DNA of 64,000 bases, taken from contig JABHIB010000002.1 of assembly GCA_018671245.1 (NCBI GenBank), positions 141-64,140 on the forward strand. The letters are read 5' to 3'. Below the pieces are notes generated by a model that did no database searches, was not told the DNA's origin, and saw only the letters and a program-made list of their open reading frames with translations. Below, one piece after another: positions 19,848-30,467 of the stretch. This DNA is from an archaeon. GTDB taxonomy: Archaea > Nanobdellota > Nanobdellia > SCGC-AAA011-G17 > PNOQ01. The first letter of the stretch is position 1. Each line of letters starts with the position of its first letter. The position numbers and the translations under genes were made by a program.

Positions 19848-21242
19848 ATGAAGGTTAAGTTGGAAATAGTGTTTTTAGGTATAATATTATTATTTGGATT
19901 ATTTATTAGGGTTTATAATCTGGGTGTGGCTCCTTTGTGGATTGATGAGAGTATTTCTTCAATTGCAGCTAAAGAAATATTGGAGAAGGGTGCTCCTGTT
20001 TTTGATTCCGGATTATTTTATTCAAGAGCTTTATTTTATCATTATTCTGAAGCATTCTTTTTATTGTTTGGAGTGAATGATTTTAATGCCAGGATTGCTT
20101 CAGTTATATTTGGATTGGCCACTATTCTGTTAGTTTTCTTCATTGGTCGCGAATATTCTAAAAGTGGCGGAGTTATTTCCGCATTATTTATGTCTGTATT
20201 TTATTTAGAAGTGTTTTTTTCTAGGCAAGCTAGATTTTATCAACTATTTCAATTAATGTTTTTCTTATCTTTGTATTTATTGTATAAATCTCGTAAGAAT
20301 AGTAAATTGTTGTATTATGCTCTGGGGGCTTTGTTGATTGCCATTGATACCCATACTGCAGGTCTTGTTTTAACTCCATTTTTTATTGGATTTATTCTTC
20401 TTTATCATAAACCTAAGTGGTTAGCTTCTATTCCTGGGGCACTTTTGTTAAGGGATTTTATTAGTGCTTTGAGAGTTAGTACTTCTGGGGTTGGAGAATC
20501 CTTACGTGGAGTTTATTTTGAGAGATATAGTTGGTATCTTAGAAATATTCATTATATGTTAGTATTGTTTGTGCCTGGAGTTATTTGGGGGTTCTTTAAA
20601 CAGAGATTGTTGACTCTGTTATTGGTTGTTCCTGCTTTGATATTATTATTTAGTTTATTATCTGTTAAAGTGTTCGCATTTAGATATATGTATTTTTCTA
20701 TTTTTATTTTAGTTCTTTATAGTTCTTTATTGATTTCTTTTCTTTATGAGAAGTATGGTAAGATTGTTTTGATTTCTTTAGTTGCTTTGGTCCTTTTACC
20801 TTCTAATTTATTTTTTCCTTTAGCTGGTTCTATCATCTTAGATCCTGTTTCTACTTCTTTTGATGATCCTTCTGCCCCTTATACTGATTATAAGAGTTTA
20901 GATGGTTCTTTAGTTAATGATTTAAGATCTGGTGTATTAGTTAGTTTATTTAGTTCTGATGTTGAATGGTATATCAAGAAACCAGATTATGTAATTCCTT
21001 TTTCTATGAGTGGTATGGGGAATGATAGTATTAGTTTGAATGGTGTTGATAGGTATAGTGGCGCTTTGATTTTAGATTATTCCTTTGTTTCTGGATATGT
21101 GATTGCGGACGGTTTTTCTGTTTCTAAGTTGAATTCTTTACAGAGGGAAGAATTTGATTTATTTGTTAATGGATGTGAATTAGTTGAGAATAATCAAGAT
21201 TTGAGAGTTTATTATTGTTCGGAAAGTTTAAAAAGTAAGTAA
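19848..21242 (+). CDS. GT-C superfamily glycosyltransferase (PMT_2/ArnT, GT39-like)
   Basis: RVYNL...LWIDE...ARIASVIFG...SRQARFY; multi-TM. Confidence 0.8.
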   Translation: MKVKLEIVFLGIILLFGLFIRVYNLGVAPLWIDESISSIAAKEILEKGAPVFDSGLFYSRALFYHYSEAFFLLFGVNDFNARIASVIFGLATILLVFFIGREYSKSGGVISALFMSVFYLEVFFSRQARFYQLFQLMFFLSLYLLYKSRKNSKLLYYALGALLIAIDTHTAGLVLTPFFIGFILLYHKPKWLASIPGALLLRDFISALRVSTSGVGESLRGVYFERYSWYLRNIHYMLVLFVPGVIWGFFKQRLLTLLLVVPALILLFSLLSVKVFAFRYMYFSIFILVLYSSLLISFLYEKYGKIVLISLVALVLLPSNLFFPLAGSIILDPVSTSFDDPSAPYTDYKSLDGSLVNDLRSGVLVSLFSSDVEWYIKKPDYVIPFSMSGMGNDSISLNGVDRYSGALILDYSFVSGYVIADGFSVSKLNSLQREEFDLFVNGCELVENNQDLRVYYCSESLKSK

Positions 21243-21263
21243 ATGCATTGAAGTTAGTTAAAA

Positions 21264-22328
21264 ATGGAAGAAAATAATAAAGAAAATATTGAACCAAAAA
21301 CATTATTATCTAAAATACTAATTTTCTTTGCTTTTGCGATTCCCATTGCAATTCTTTTGTTTGCATTTTACATTAATTATCTTCCTTTTGGATATTCCGA
21401 GAACTATGAATTAACAATTGATAGTGAAGGGATTATTTCCCCGCTTTCAAATGAAATTTATATTACAAATTCTATTGGGAGGAGAATATTGTCTTTGCCA
21501 GATGGAATAAATGGGCAAGTGAACCTTATTGTTGAACCTAAAGTAGTACTTAATAATGCAATTGTAAATATTTCAATTAATGGGGATGAAGGCGTTTATA
21601 TTGGCTCTTCCTTGAAAATGAATTTATCTGAACTAACTTGGGATTATGAATGGAAATTTAGTGAAGGAATTCCAGAATATTTAGAAGGAACGGCAGAGTA
21701 TAATGGAGAATTGGGCTGTGTTTATTTTGATGCTATAAAAGAACAAACATTATACTTACCAGGTTCCTCCAGGATGTTTGAATCTGGGCCAATGTCCATT
21801 TATGTTAAATGGATGCCTTCAAAGACAAGCGAATTTCTTGGAGATTATCAAAGATTAGTTGGACACTATAATTGGGAAATCTACCAAGGATTAGGGGAAA
21901 TTAAATTTAAAATTGGAAGGATGAATAATGTAACTGGAAGGTTCTATGAAATTAATTATCCCATAGGTGAAAAAATTTGGTTTGAAAGTGAACATGAATT
22001 ATTAGCAATTTATTGGCCCGATGTTTCTGATAATAATGGCCATATTGAATTATTTGTTGATAATAATTTTGTTGAAAGAATTGATTTTGGTGAAGATATA
22101 ATTTATACTGGGTATAATAGTGAAAATGATTTGGGTTTTGGTTGGAGTCCACATAGTTATGGGAAAAATCCTTTTTTTGATGGTTGCATTTATGAGGTAA
22201 AAATCATTAATAATAAAATAGAAGAAAAGAAATATATTGATTCTTTTAATTTCGATAGTTTTTTATTGGTAATTCCAATTGTTGGAAGGGGAAACCTTAG
22301 TTCAATAAATATCAGGATTTCACAATGA
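21264..22328 (+). CDS. membrane-anchored protein with LamG/ConA-like domain
   Basis: N-terminal TM; IELFVD...FFDGCIYEVKI LamG-like pattern. Confidence 0.55.
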   Translation: MEENNKENIEPKTLLSKILIFFAFAIPIAILLFAFYINYLPFGYSENYELTIDSEGIISPLSNEIYITNSIGRRILSLPDGINGQVNLIVEPKVVLNNAIVNISINGDEGVYIGSSLKMNLSELTWDYEWKFSEGIPEYLEGTAEYNGELGCVYFDAIKEQTLYLPGSSRMFESGPMSIYVKWMPSKTSEFLGDYQRLVGHYNWEIYQGLGEIKFKIGRMNNVTGRFYEINYPIGEKIWFESEHELLAIYWPDVSDNNGHIELFVDNNFVERIDFGEDIIYTGYNSENDLGFGWSPHSYGKNPFFDGCIYEVKIINNKIEEKKYIDSFNFDSFLLVIPIVGRGNLSSINIRISQ

Positions 22329-24475
22329 AACAAGGATTTTATTTAGTGGGGTTTCTTTTTTTTATTAATCTTTCAATAGCCTCTTTTATTTTACTTTTAT
22401 TAAATAATTTTACTTTGCTTAAAATCGATTTCTTATTAAATTCTAAATGGTTTTTTTCTATTGGAACTTTTTCGTTATTACTCTCTTTATTATTGAAGTA
22501 TAATTTTAATTTATTAAAACATAAAAAAAATAGATTTATAGAAAGTATTTTTTTAAGTTCCTCATATTATTTTTTATCTTTTTTAGTTATAATCATAATT
22601 AATCAATTTTTAAAATTAAATTTTTTAACTGGAAGGTTATTTTACTTCATAATTTTTGCAATCTTTTTTGGATTTTTGACTTTTTATAAAAATAGGGATT
22701 ATGTTGAAAAAAAAATTGAAGATGAACAGATTTCAAAAAAGAATAAGAAATTCTTTTATGCTTTTGGATTTATTTTATTTCTTTTTATTCAAATATATAA
22801 AATATATTCTACGGGGATCGGAACAGATGAGGGAAATTTCCTATACACCACAAAATTGCTTTTTGAAGAAAATTCATTATTTTTAGATTTCTGGTCTAGA
22901 GAGAGCCTTTCACTATTTTTCCTCGTTCCTTATTTTAAACTCATCTCCATTTCAATAATTAATCTGAGATATTTTGTTTTAATTTTACATATAATCTTCT
23001 TTTATTTATCTTATTTAATAGTAGAAAAAATTTATCCCAATAAAAAATGGAATCCTGGAATTCTGACTTTTATATTAATTGTTTTTACATTTAATGGGCC
23101 GCTTGACTTTTTCCAAGGAATTTTTTACCAATTTTCTTACCTCTTTTATTCGTTAATCACTTTTCTGATGCTTTTTTATTGGAAACATTCTTCTTACAAA
23201 AAATTATTTTTAATTGGGTTTATTATTGGGGCTGGAACACTCTTTTATAAAGGAGTTGAATTATTTATAGTAATAATACCCCTATTTATTTTAATGGGGA
23301 ACTCGCTAGATAAGAGGAGGGCCTATCTTGCCTTTTTTTGTTCATTTTTGATTCCATTAATTTTTTATTGGTTATACTATTCTATTTTCACAAATATTTT
23401 TCACATATATTCAATTATTTTAAAGGATGTGCTGCAAAAGTTTTTCATTATTGCTTTTAGTTATTTGGCATTATTTTATCTCAGTTCATTTACTAAAATA
23501 AAAAAAATTATTACCGAAATTAATTTGGTGATTATTTCAAATATATTCATTCTTTTAATAATTAGTTATCTTCTTTTTCAAGACTATCAGTTATTTTTTA
23601 ACAGTTTTTATTCTGGAGCGATTTTTCAATTTATGATAATTATTATTTGTTTGCAATCATTAAATCTTGCAATCTTGAAAAATAATATCTTCTTAAAAAT
23701 AATTTATCTCTTCATGAATCTTGGTATTTTAATATTTGGATTTGGAAGTAGGGGATTTTTTACAAATATTCCATTAAATTATCACATAATAATTTTTATT
23801 GCATTCTTAATATATACCTTATACCTTTTTATTCAAGGTTTTCAATTAAAATCTTCAAATTCTCAAATCAATATTCTTAAAATAGTAATCTTTGTTAATT
23901 TATTTTTTGCCATTTCACTAATTGGAGGATATTTGATGCCAACAAGATTTCAGTCTATTTTAGGAATATTTCAAATTTTAATTTTTGGATCAATTTTCAT
24001 AACTAAGAAAAAACATATCCTTCTTTTCTTTATTTTATTCTCTTTATTTTTTTCGTTTTTCTCTTCAATTAATTTGTCTAATGATCTTACATATTATGAT
24101 CGGCAAACATTTCAAGAAACTGTAAATTACTTAAATTCTAAACCTAATGTGGATATCTTTTCTGCAGATACCTCTATTTTATCTGAGATAGGCCATAATT
24201 CAATAATTTTATTCCATTCTCCCTTCCATTTCAGAGAGGAAAAAGATATTTATTTCTATGAAGGAATTGAAAAAAAATATTTTAATAAAGATATTTCTCT
24301 TTCAAAAAAAGAAATATTGTCCAAATTAAAATCTGAAAAACCAGAGATTATTTTTGGATCCTGGAGGGCTACATTTAGGTTATTTGAAGATATTGAATGG
24401 AGGGAATTTTTAGAAGAGAATTATCAAGAAGAAAAAAAGATTGGAAGAATAACAATTTATAGACTTATTTCTTAA
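22325..24475 (+). CDS. large polytopic membrane protein, probable GT-C glycosyltransferase
   Basis: Many TM helices; loop DE motif (GTDEG); in a glycosylation cluster. Confidence 0.6.
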   Translation: MKQGFYLVGFLFFINLSIASFILLLLNNFTLLKIDFLLNSKWFFSIGTFSLLLSLLLKYNFNLLKHKKNRFIESIFLSSSYYFLSFLVIIIINQFLKLNFLTGRLFYFIIFAIFFGFLTFYKNRDYVEKKIEDEQISKKNKKFFYAFGFILFLFIQIYKIYSTGIGTDEGNFLYTTKLLFEENSLFLDFWSRESLSLFFLVPYFKLISISIINLRYFVLILHIIFFYLSYLIVEKIYPNKKWNPGILTFILIVFTFNGPLDFFQGIFYQFSYLFYSLITFLMLFYWKHSSYKKLFLIGFIIGAGTLFYKGVELFIVIIPLFILMGNSLDKRRAYLAFFCSFLIPLIFYWLYYSIFTNIFHIYSIILKDVLQKFFIIAFSYLALFYLSSFTKIKKIITEINLVIISNIFILLIISYLLFQDYQLFFNSFYSGAIFQFMIIIICLQSLNLAILKNNIFLKIIYLFMNLGILIFGFGSRGFFTNIPLNYHIIIFIAFLIYTLYLFIQGFQLKSSNSQINILKIVIFVNLFFAISLIGGYLMPTRFQSILGIFQILIFGSIFITKKKHILLFFILFSLFFSFFSSINLSNDLTYYDRQTFQETVNYLNSKPNVDIFSADTSILSEIGHNSIILFHSPFHFREEKDIYFYEGIEKKYFNKDISLSKKEILSKLKSEKPEIIFGSWRATFRLFEDIEWREFLEENYQEEKKIGRITIYRLIS

Positions 24476-25382
24476 TCTTTAAATAAATGTACCCTATTAT
24501 CCCTAAAATTATTGAAGGGATTAATATTAATAAATGATAAAATAAAATTTTTGGTAAAATTTTATCATAAGTGAATCCAAATAAAACTAAAAAATAGGTC
24601 CAACCTGCCTCAAAGATTCCAAAATTTCCAATTGTTTGGATTGGAAAAAGTCCAACTAAAAGAAGAGTTAAAGAAATAAATACTATTTTAATAAAAGATA
24701 AATCAATTTCTAAAAGAATGAATACTATATATGTTAAAAATATTCTTGATAACCAATAAATAAAAGAGAAAATGATTATTATTAAGAGTGTTTTTTTAGA
24801 AAGATCCCTAAAAGAGCCTATTCCCTTTTCTAAGAAATTAATTATTCTTTTCATTTTATTGTTTTTGAATTTTGTTCTTATTTTAATAACTGCCCAACAT
24901 AATATAAAAAATATGAGAAGGGAGATTGTAAAAAGAATCGAAATTTTCCCAATGAGATTATTTTGGTTTTTTATCCCAATAAAAAAACTTGAAACTAAAA
25001 ATAGAGTATAAACTACTAGATAATCAATAAATCTTAAACCCATTAATCCAACTGAGGTTTTTGAATAGGGCATTTTGAAATATTTTCTAAATCCTTGAAT
25101 ATATGAGAATTCTCCTGTCCTAAGGGGAAGTATACTTAACATCAAATTTGAGAAAGATAATAAACAAAATAATTTTGAACAAATTTTTATAGAGTAGATA
25201 AGTGAATATCTTATAGTATTTATTAATTTAATTATCATGAACATTAATAATGAAATAAATAATATTAAACTATTTTTTTCACTAAATAAATCAAGAAGGT
25301 TATAATTAATTTCTTTAAATAAACAAAATAAAATTCCAAAAGTCAGGATGACTGAAATAACTAATTTTAATATTTTTTTCAT
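24465..25382 (-). CDS. UPF0104/lysylphosphatidylglycerol synthase TM (flippase-like) protein
   Basis: LPLRTGEF, RFIDY, GNFGIFEAG motifs. Confidence 0.8.
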   Translation of the reverse strand: MKKILKLVISVILTFGILFCLFKEINYNLLDLFSEKNSLILFISLLMFMIIKLINTIRYSLIYSIKICSKLFCLLSFSNLMLSILPLRTGEFSYIQGFRKYFKMPYSKTSVGLMGLRFIDYLVVYTLFLVSSFFIGIKNQNNLIGKISILFTISLLIFFILCWAVIKIRTKFKNNKMKRIINFLEKGIGSFRDLSKKTLLIIIIFSFIYWLSRIFLTYIVFILLEIDLSFIKIVFISLTLLLVGLFPIQTIGNFGIFEAGWTYFLVLFGFTYDKILPKILFYHLLILIPSIILGIIGYIYLKIKK

Positions 25383-26416
25383 TTTTCTACATTCTCCCTA
25401 TTAAAGTTTTTAAACCAATATTCTATTTCTTCATTTGAAACTTTTTTCGACAATTGAATTTTAATTCTCTTAATTAACATTCTTGGGATTAAAAATATAA
25501 ACGAAAAGTGTGCCTTAATTAAAACCTCTATCAATCCGGCAAATCCTATATTTCCTCTTAATTTTTTTATAGAAGAATTATTTCCTTTCTTTGCGTATTC
25601 AATCTTTAATTTAACATTTGAAAAAAGAAATTTTGCAAATTTCCAAGAAGAGAAATTCTTGAATGCTGTTAAAAGAGTATTTCTTTCTGAATAATATGCT
25701 TTAAATTTAGATGCAGATCCTCCTGTTATGGAGTGTAAATGGATCAACTTTGCATTTACAGACAAATAAGATTTCCACCCCAATAATCTCCCCCTAAATC
25801 CTAAATCCAAATCTTCAGCATAAGCAAAATATCTTTCATCAAAAAATTCTTTATCTCTCCTATAAATCTCTTCAAGCATCTCTCTCTTGTATAATGGTGC
25901 AACTCCTCCCGGGACAAAAATTTCTTTGTCGGAATTCAAATTAACCTCCTTGTCTTTTTTTCCAAAACCAATTGATATCCCTCCTGGCTTATTTAGCTGT
26001 AAGGGGCCCTCCAAGCTTAGGCCCGCATTTTGTATTTCCCCTGTTTTAAAATATGCTTTACTGGAAACCATTCCAATTTTTTTACCTCTGTCTGCGGTTT
26101 TGATTAACTCTTTTAACCAATTTTTATCAACAATGGTATCATTATTTAAGCAAACTATATATTTCGTTTTATTATCTTTTAATGATTTTTTTATGCCCTC
26201 GTTCATCCCTTTCGCGAATCCTTTATTTTTATCTAATTGGAAAATGTTTGATTTTGGAAAGTTCTTTTTAACATGGGCTATAGAATTATCTGTAGATCCA
26301 TTATCTATAAAATAAACTTCAAAATTTTTATATGTTTGATTATAAACTGAATTTAAACAATCTTTAATGAGGCCCTTTCCATTCCAATTAAGGATTATTA
26401 TTGAAGCTTTTTTCAT
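25379..26416 (-). CDS. GT2 family glycosyltransferase
   Basis: IILNWNG, IDNGSTD, LNND, FAYAEDLDL; start ATG 26416 after a GAAGGAG RBS. Confidence 0.9.
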   Translation of the reverse strand: MKKASIIILNWNGKGLIKDCLNSVYNQTYKNFEVYFIDNGSTDNSIAHVKKNFPKSNIFQLDKNKGFAKGMNEGIKKSLKDNKTKYIVCLNNDTIVDKNWLKELIKTADRGKKIGMVSSKAYFKTGEIQNAGLSLEGPLQLNKPGGISIGFGKKDKEVNLNSDKEIFVPGGVAPLYKREMLEEIYRRDKEFFDERYFAYAEDLDLGFRGRLLGWKSYLSVNAKLIHLHSITGGSASKFKAYYSERNTLLTAFKNFSSWKFAKFLFSNVKLKIEYAKKGNNSSIKKLRGNIGFAGLIEVLIKAHFSFIFLIPRMLIKRIKIQLSKKVSNEEIEYWFKNFNRENVEK

Positions 26417-26426
26417 CTCATCTCCT

Positions 26427-26684
26427 TCAAATATATATTTCTTGCATTTTTTTACTTTTGTTGTCAGTAGCTTGACCATAATTTTTGTTTATATCTATTA
26501 TTTTTACTTTTGAAAGTTTTTTAAGTTCTTTTAGAGAATTATCGGATGAACCATCATTAACATATATAATTTTATAGGTTCCTGAAAGTTGATTCATTAC
26601 TTGTTTAATTTCTTTATCGAGAATTTTCATATTATCTTCCCCTTCATATATTGGAATGCCAACTGAATATTTTACCATTTTCAT
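26427..26684 (-). pseudogene. truncated duplicate of the 5' end of the GT2 gene at 27781-28722
   Basis: First ~73 codons are near-identical to that gene (MKMVKYSV...NYGQAT), then the sequence diverges. Confidence 0.85.
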
Positions 26685-26691
26685 TTTATTT
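26465..26691. repeat. ~227-bp direct repeat, copy 1 (copy 2 at 28503-28729)
   Basis: Ungapped alignment at offset 2038, roughly 90% identity by eye. Confidence 0.9.
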
Positions 26692-27784
26692 CATTTAAAT
26701 ATTTTTTAACAATTTTTTCATATCTAAAATTTAATTTATATCTTTTCCTTGAGTTTTTCATAAATTTGGTTAATAATTTTTCATTTTCTAATAATATTTT
26801 TAATTTATTTTTAATTTCTTCAATATTTTCTCTTTTAACTAAAAATCCAACGTCTTTTGATACTGTTTCCTTGCAGGCAGTAATATCTGAGGACAAGATT
26901 GCACAACCGCAACTCATGCCTTCAATAAAAACAATTCCTTGACTTTCTCTTTCGGATAAAAGTGAAAAAATTTTTGATTTGTTTAATAGATTTGAAAATT
27001 TTTGGCCTTTATTATTTATCCATCCAGTAAAAATAATATTTTTATTTTTATTTGCAATTTTTAATAATTCTTTCTTATATGGCCCATCTCCTACGATGTA
27101 GAGTTTCCAATTTTTTGGATCTAATTCATTAAATCCTTGAATTAAATATTGATAACCCTTTCTTTTTAAAAGCCTCCCAGAACTTAAAATGATATTTTCT
27201 TTTTTGATTGATCTGTTCAAATAATCCTCCGATCCATTTGGAATGGTTATAATATTATATCTCCCAATTTCTTTTTTTATTAGATTTGCTAAGTAACCAG
27301 AAGGAGTTGTTAAAAATTTTGATTCCTTGCAAATATTATTTAATATTGGGCCAGTGAATTTATGAAGTATTTTAAACCTATCTGGGTTATAATTTGGCAC
27401 ATCACTTCCATGGGCAGTTATAATATAGGGGATTTTAAATTTCTTTTTAACCCATAAAGCAACAATTCCAGTTGGAATAATAAAGTGGCAGTGACAAATA
27501 TCATACCTATTATCTTTCAAATGTTTTTTTAAGAATTTTTTAGCAGAGATTATGTAAGTTAATTGTTCCCAAGGATGACATATCTCTTTTTTAGAACGTA
27601 AACATTTGACTCTATGGATATTAATCCCTTCTTTTACTTCAAAATGGGGTAAATCTTTGTAACCCATTGTCACAACATCTACCTTATGACCTAATTTTAC
27701 ATATCCTTTAGAAATTTCATATGAAACGGGTGAAGCTCCTCCTCCAAGGGGAGGAAATTCATAATTTAAAACCAATATTCTCAT
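26681..27784 (-). CDS. GT4 family glycosyltransferase
   Basis: YEFPPLGGG, TAHGSDVP, GRLLKRKG, ESQGIVFIEGM. Confidence 0.92.
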   Translation of the reverse strand: MRILVLNYEFPPLGGGASPVSYEISKGYVKLGHKVDVVTMGYKDLPHFEVKEGINIHRVKCLRSKKEICHPWEQLTYIISAKKFLKKHLKDNRYDICHCHFIIPTGIVALWVKKKFKIPYIITAHGSDVPNYNPDRFKILHKFTGPILNNICKESKFLTTPSGYLANLIKKEIGRYNIITIPNGSEDYLNRSIKKENIILSSGRLLKRKGYQYLIQGFNELDPKNWKLYIVGDGPYKKELLKIANKNKNIIFTGWINNKGQKFSNLLNKSKIFSLLSERESQGIVFIEGMSCGCAILSSDITACKETVSKDVGFLVKRENIEEIKNKLKILLENEKLLTKFMKNSRKRYKLNFRYEKIVKKYLNEIK

Positions 27785-28722
27785 TTCCCTATAACTTCCC
27801 TGATATAATATCTTTTTTCATAAGGTGAACTATTTAACTTTATTTTTATCAATATATTTAGTATCATTCCAAATCCAAAAGATAATAGTGCCATCATCAT
27901 AAAGAAAAATCCTAAGAAGAACCATCCATTTCTATTTAAACTTAAACCTTCAAATATTCTTTGATAAAGTGACCATAAGAAAGATAGTCCTCCAACAAAA
28001 AAGGCTCCAATACTAAAATATCCGAATATATGCAGGGGCCGTTGAGAATATTTTTGCATAAACCAAATATACACCAAATCAATTAAACCTCTAACTGCTT
28101 TAGAATAACCATATTTAGTTTCCCCATATTTTCTAGCATGATGATTGACCACTTCTTCACCTATCTTAAATCCTTTCCATTTTAATAACGCTAGAATATA
28201 TCTATGCATCTCTCCTTGCAAATCTAAAGCTTTTATTGCCGTTCTTCTATAAACTCTCAGAGTACATCCAGTATCATGAACTTGATCTTTAATTATTATT
28301 TTTCTAAGAAGTCTTCCGATTCTAGTTAGTACTTTAATTCCAGGGGCATCTTTTCTTTTCTTTCTCCACCCCGCAACTACATCCAATTTATCTTTTTCTA
28401 ATCTTTTTAGTAATTTTGGGATATCTTTTGGATCGTTTTGTAAGTCTCCATCTAAAGAAATAACAATTTCACCAGTACTTGATTTAAATCCTGCGTCCAT
28501 TGCAGTAGCTTGACCATAATTTTTGTTCAGATCTATTGTTTTCACTTTTGAAAGTTTCTTAAGTTCTTTTAGAGAATTATCAGATGAACCATCATTAACA
28601 TATATAATTTCATATGTTCCTGAAAGTTGATTCATTACTTGTTTAATTTCTTTATCGAGAATTTTTATATTATCTTCCTCTTCATATATTGGGATGACAA
28701 CTGAATATTTTACCATTTTCAT
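27781..28722 (-). CDS. GT2 family polyprenol-phosphate glycosyltransferase (DPM1/ArnC-like)
   Basis: VNDGSSD, LDGDLQNDP, DTGCTLR; two C-terminal TM helices. Confidence 0.92.
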   Translation of the reverse strand: MKMVKYSVVIPIYEEEDNIKILDKEIKQVMNQLSGTYEIIYVNDGSSDNSLKELKKLSKVKTIDLNKNYGQATAMDAGFKSSTGEIVISLDGDLQNDPKDIPKLLKRLEKDKLDVVAGWRKKRKDAPGIKVLTRIGRLLRKIIIKDQVHDTGCTLRVYRRTAIKALDLQGEMHRYILALLKWKGFKIGEEVVNHHARKYGETKYGYSKAVRGLIDLVYIWFMQKYSQRPLHIFGYFSIGAFFVGGLSFLWSLYQRIFEGLSLNRNGWFFLGFFFMMMALLSFGFGMILNILIKIKLNSSPYEKRYYIREVIGK

Positions 28723-28729
28723 TTTATTT
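28503..28729. repeat. ~227-bp direct repeat, copy 2
   Basis: Matches 26465-26691. Confidence 0.9.
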
Positions 28730-28862
28730 TAACCCTCTCAAGTATTTAAGCTTTAATAAATAATTGAAAACCAAACCTTTATAAACCTTTCTAAACTCCT
28801 CACTTCCGAGTAATAACAAAATAAAAAACAATTAGATTTATATATAGAAAACAAACTACAAA

Positions 28863-30113
28863 ATGGCAATGAATAGCAATAAACACAAGATTTCAAGCAT
28901 ATTGTTTACGACTTTAATAATTTTCACATTAGTATTAATGGGCCCAGCGTCTGCTATTACTATTAATATAGGGGAACCTAATGATGCAAATCAAGGTGAA
29001 GATGTACAATTTCAAGTAAGTGTTGATTTAGACACGCCCGATATGTATTTGCCGATTGCCTATACAACTTTAATTTTCACAAATCCAGATAATACTCAAT
29101 TCGAGTGTAGAGTATATAATGATGGATCAACTAATTGCGATAATATTGAGGTAATAGTAACATCTAATTTAACTTATGGACAAGGTATTCAATATGGTTA
29201 TGGCTATGGTTATGGTTATGGGTATGAATACACTCATTTCGGATATGGTTATGGCTATGGTTATGCTGGTGAAAACGGGCAAATGACTTATGATGTAACT
29301 TTACATTTAGAAAGTGATTCCCAAATTGGAGATTATGCTGTAAGGGCAGAAACCTATGTTGCTAGTGAAGATTCAATTAATTCTGAATACTCTCCTTGCG
29401 AAATTATGTTGGGGATGTACAGAACACATTATGTTTTAATTAATCAAGAAGGATCATATTATGATCCTGAATTAGATTTAAATGAAGATGGAACAATTGA
29501 TTTATCTGATATAGTTGTTTTTGCAACTAATTATTCTGGAGATGCAGAATTGTTTGGAAGATTCCAAGAGTTTATGAGATTTAATGGTGATCAAACTTTT
29601 AATCCTGCTTTGGATCTGAATGGTGATGGGATAATCAATTTATCTGATATTGTTTTATTTGCTAGTAATCAAGAAGAATCTTGGTGTGCAGTACAATTGG
29701 ATTTAATAGATGAAGGTGTTGAAAGGACCTATGTTTCAGATGAAGTAGAATTTACAGTTTCAAGTGTGCCTGTTGAACAATCTCAAACTGGAAATTATGG
29801 TGGTGGGAGAAGTTCAGGCGGTAATAATCAACCTGTGGCTGATGTAGAGCCTGTTGAAGAACAAAATGCTGAAGAACAAAATGCTGAAGATTACAATAAT
29901 CCAGAAACTTCAACTGGTGATAAATTAGAAACTTCAACTGGTGACGAGAATATAGGATTTTTTAGTGGATTTTTTAGTGCTATAACTGGTGCAGTAGTTG
30001 GTGCAGGTGAATCACTAGGTCTTGGAGAAACAATGTATTATTTGTTTGCTCTATTTTTGTTAGGGATGATAGTTGTTGGAATAGCAAGAAGATTCAGAAA
30101 AAAATCTGAATAA
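28863..30113 (+). CDS. secreted, membrane-anchored surface protein with GY repeats and two dockerin/EF-hand-like loops
   Basis: Signal peptide; GYGYGYGYGY; DLNEDGTIDLSD and DLNGDGIINLSD; ITGAVV then C-terminal TM with a basic tail. Confidence 0.75.
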   Translation: MAMNSNKHKISSILFTTLIIFTLVLMGPASAITINIGEPNDANQGEDVQFQVSVDLDTPDMYLPIAYTTLIFTNPDNTQFECRVYNDGSTNCDNIEVIVTSNLTYGQGIQYGYGYGYGYGYEYTHFGYGYGYGYAGENGQMTYDVTLHLESDSQIGDYAVRAETYVASEDSINSEYSPCEIMLGMYRTHYVLINQEGSYYDPELDLNEDGTIDLSDIVVFATNYSGDAELFGRFQEFMRFNGDQTFNPALDLNGDGIINLSDIVLFASNQEESWCAVQLDLIDEGVERTYVSDEVEFTVSSVPVEQSQTGNYGGGRSSGGNNQPVADVEPVEEQNAEEQNAEDYNNPETSTGDKLETSTGDENIGFFSGFFSAITGAVVGAGESLGLGETMYYLFALFLLGMIVVGIARRFRKKSE

Positions 30114-30249
30114 TTTTTTTCTTTTTAATTAAGTATTAGATTCTATATATAGATAATTTTGACACCACTTCTTATATTACTCTCTTTTATTATGATGTTT
30201 TTGTTTTCCGCCTATATTAGAATAACCTCCTTGTCCTGTTTCTAAACTT

Positions 30250-30467
30250 ATGTTGCGATTTATCCTTTTTTCAATTTTCCATATAATTCCATTAATGAAA
30301 GTTTTTCAGAAATTTCAATTAACATCTTTGTTTTTGATGATAGTGAAATAGATAGTATTTGGTTTAATATTACAAAGGGTTTGCAATTATATGAATGACA
30401 GGTTTATGCAAATTTATCCGAAATCTCTAATTATGAGTCCTGGCTAGGATTGTCAGGTTTAGTATGA
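30250..30467 (+). pseudogene. possible decayed remnant of an Ig-like surface-protein gene
   Basis: Frame reads ISINIFVFDDSEIDSIWFNIT...YE*QVYAN, with TGA where TGG (Trp) would be expected. Confidence 0.3.

Noticed and set aside
26417-26479. Upstream extension of the GT2 ORF to 26479
   Set aside because: Runs into the duplicated fragment; ATG 26416 has an RBS and the family-typical start.
26465-28729. Direct repeat as a DGR TR/VR pair or IS ends
   Set aside because: Differences are not confined to adenines, it covers a gene 5' end, and no RT, transposase or inverted repeats are present.
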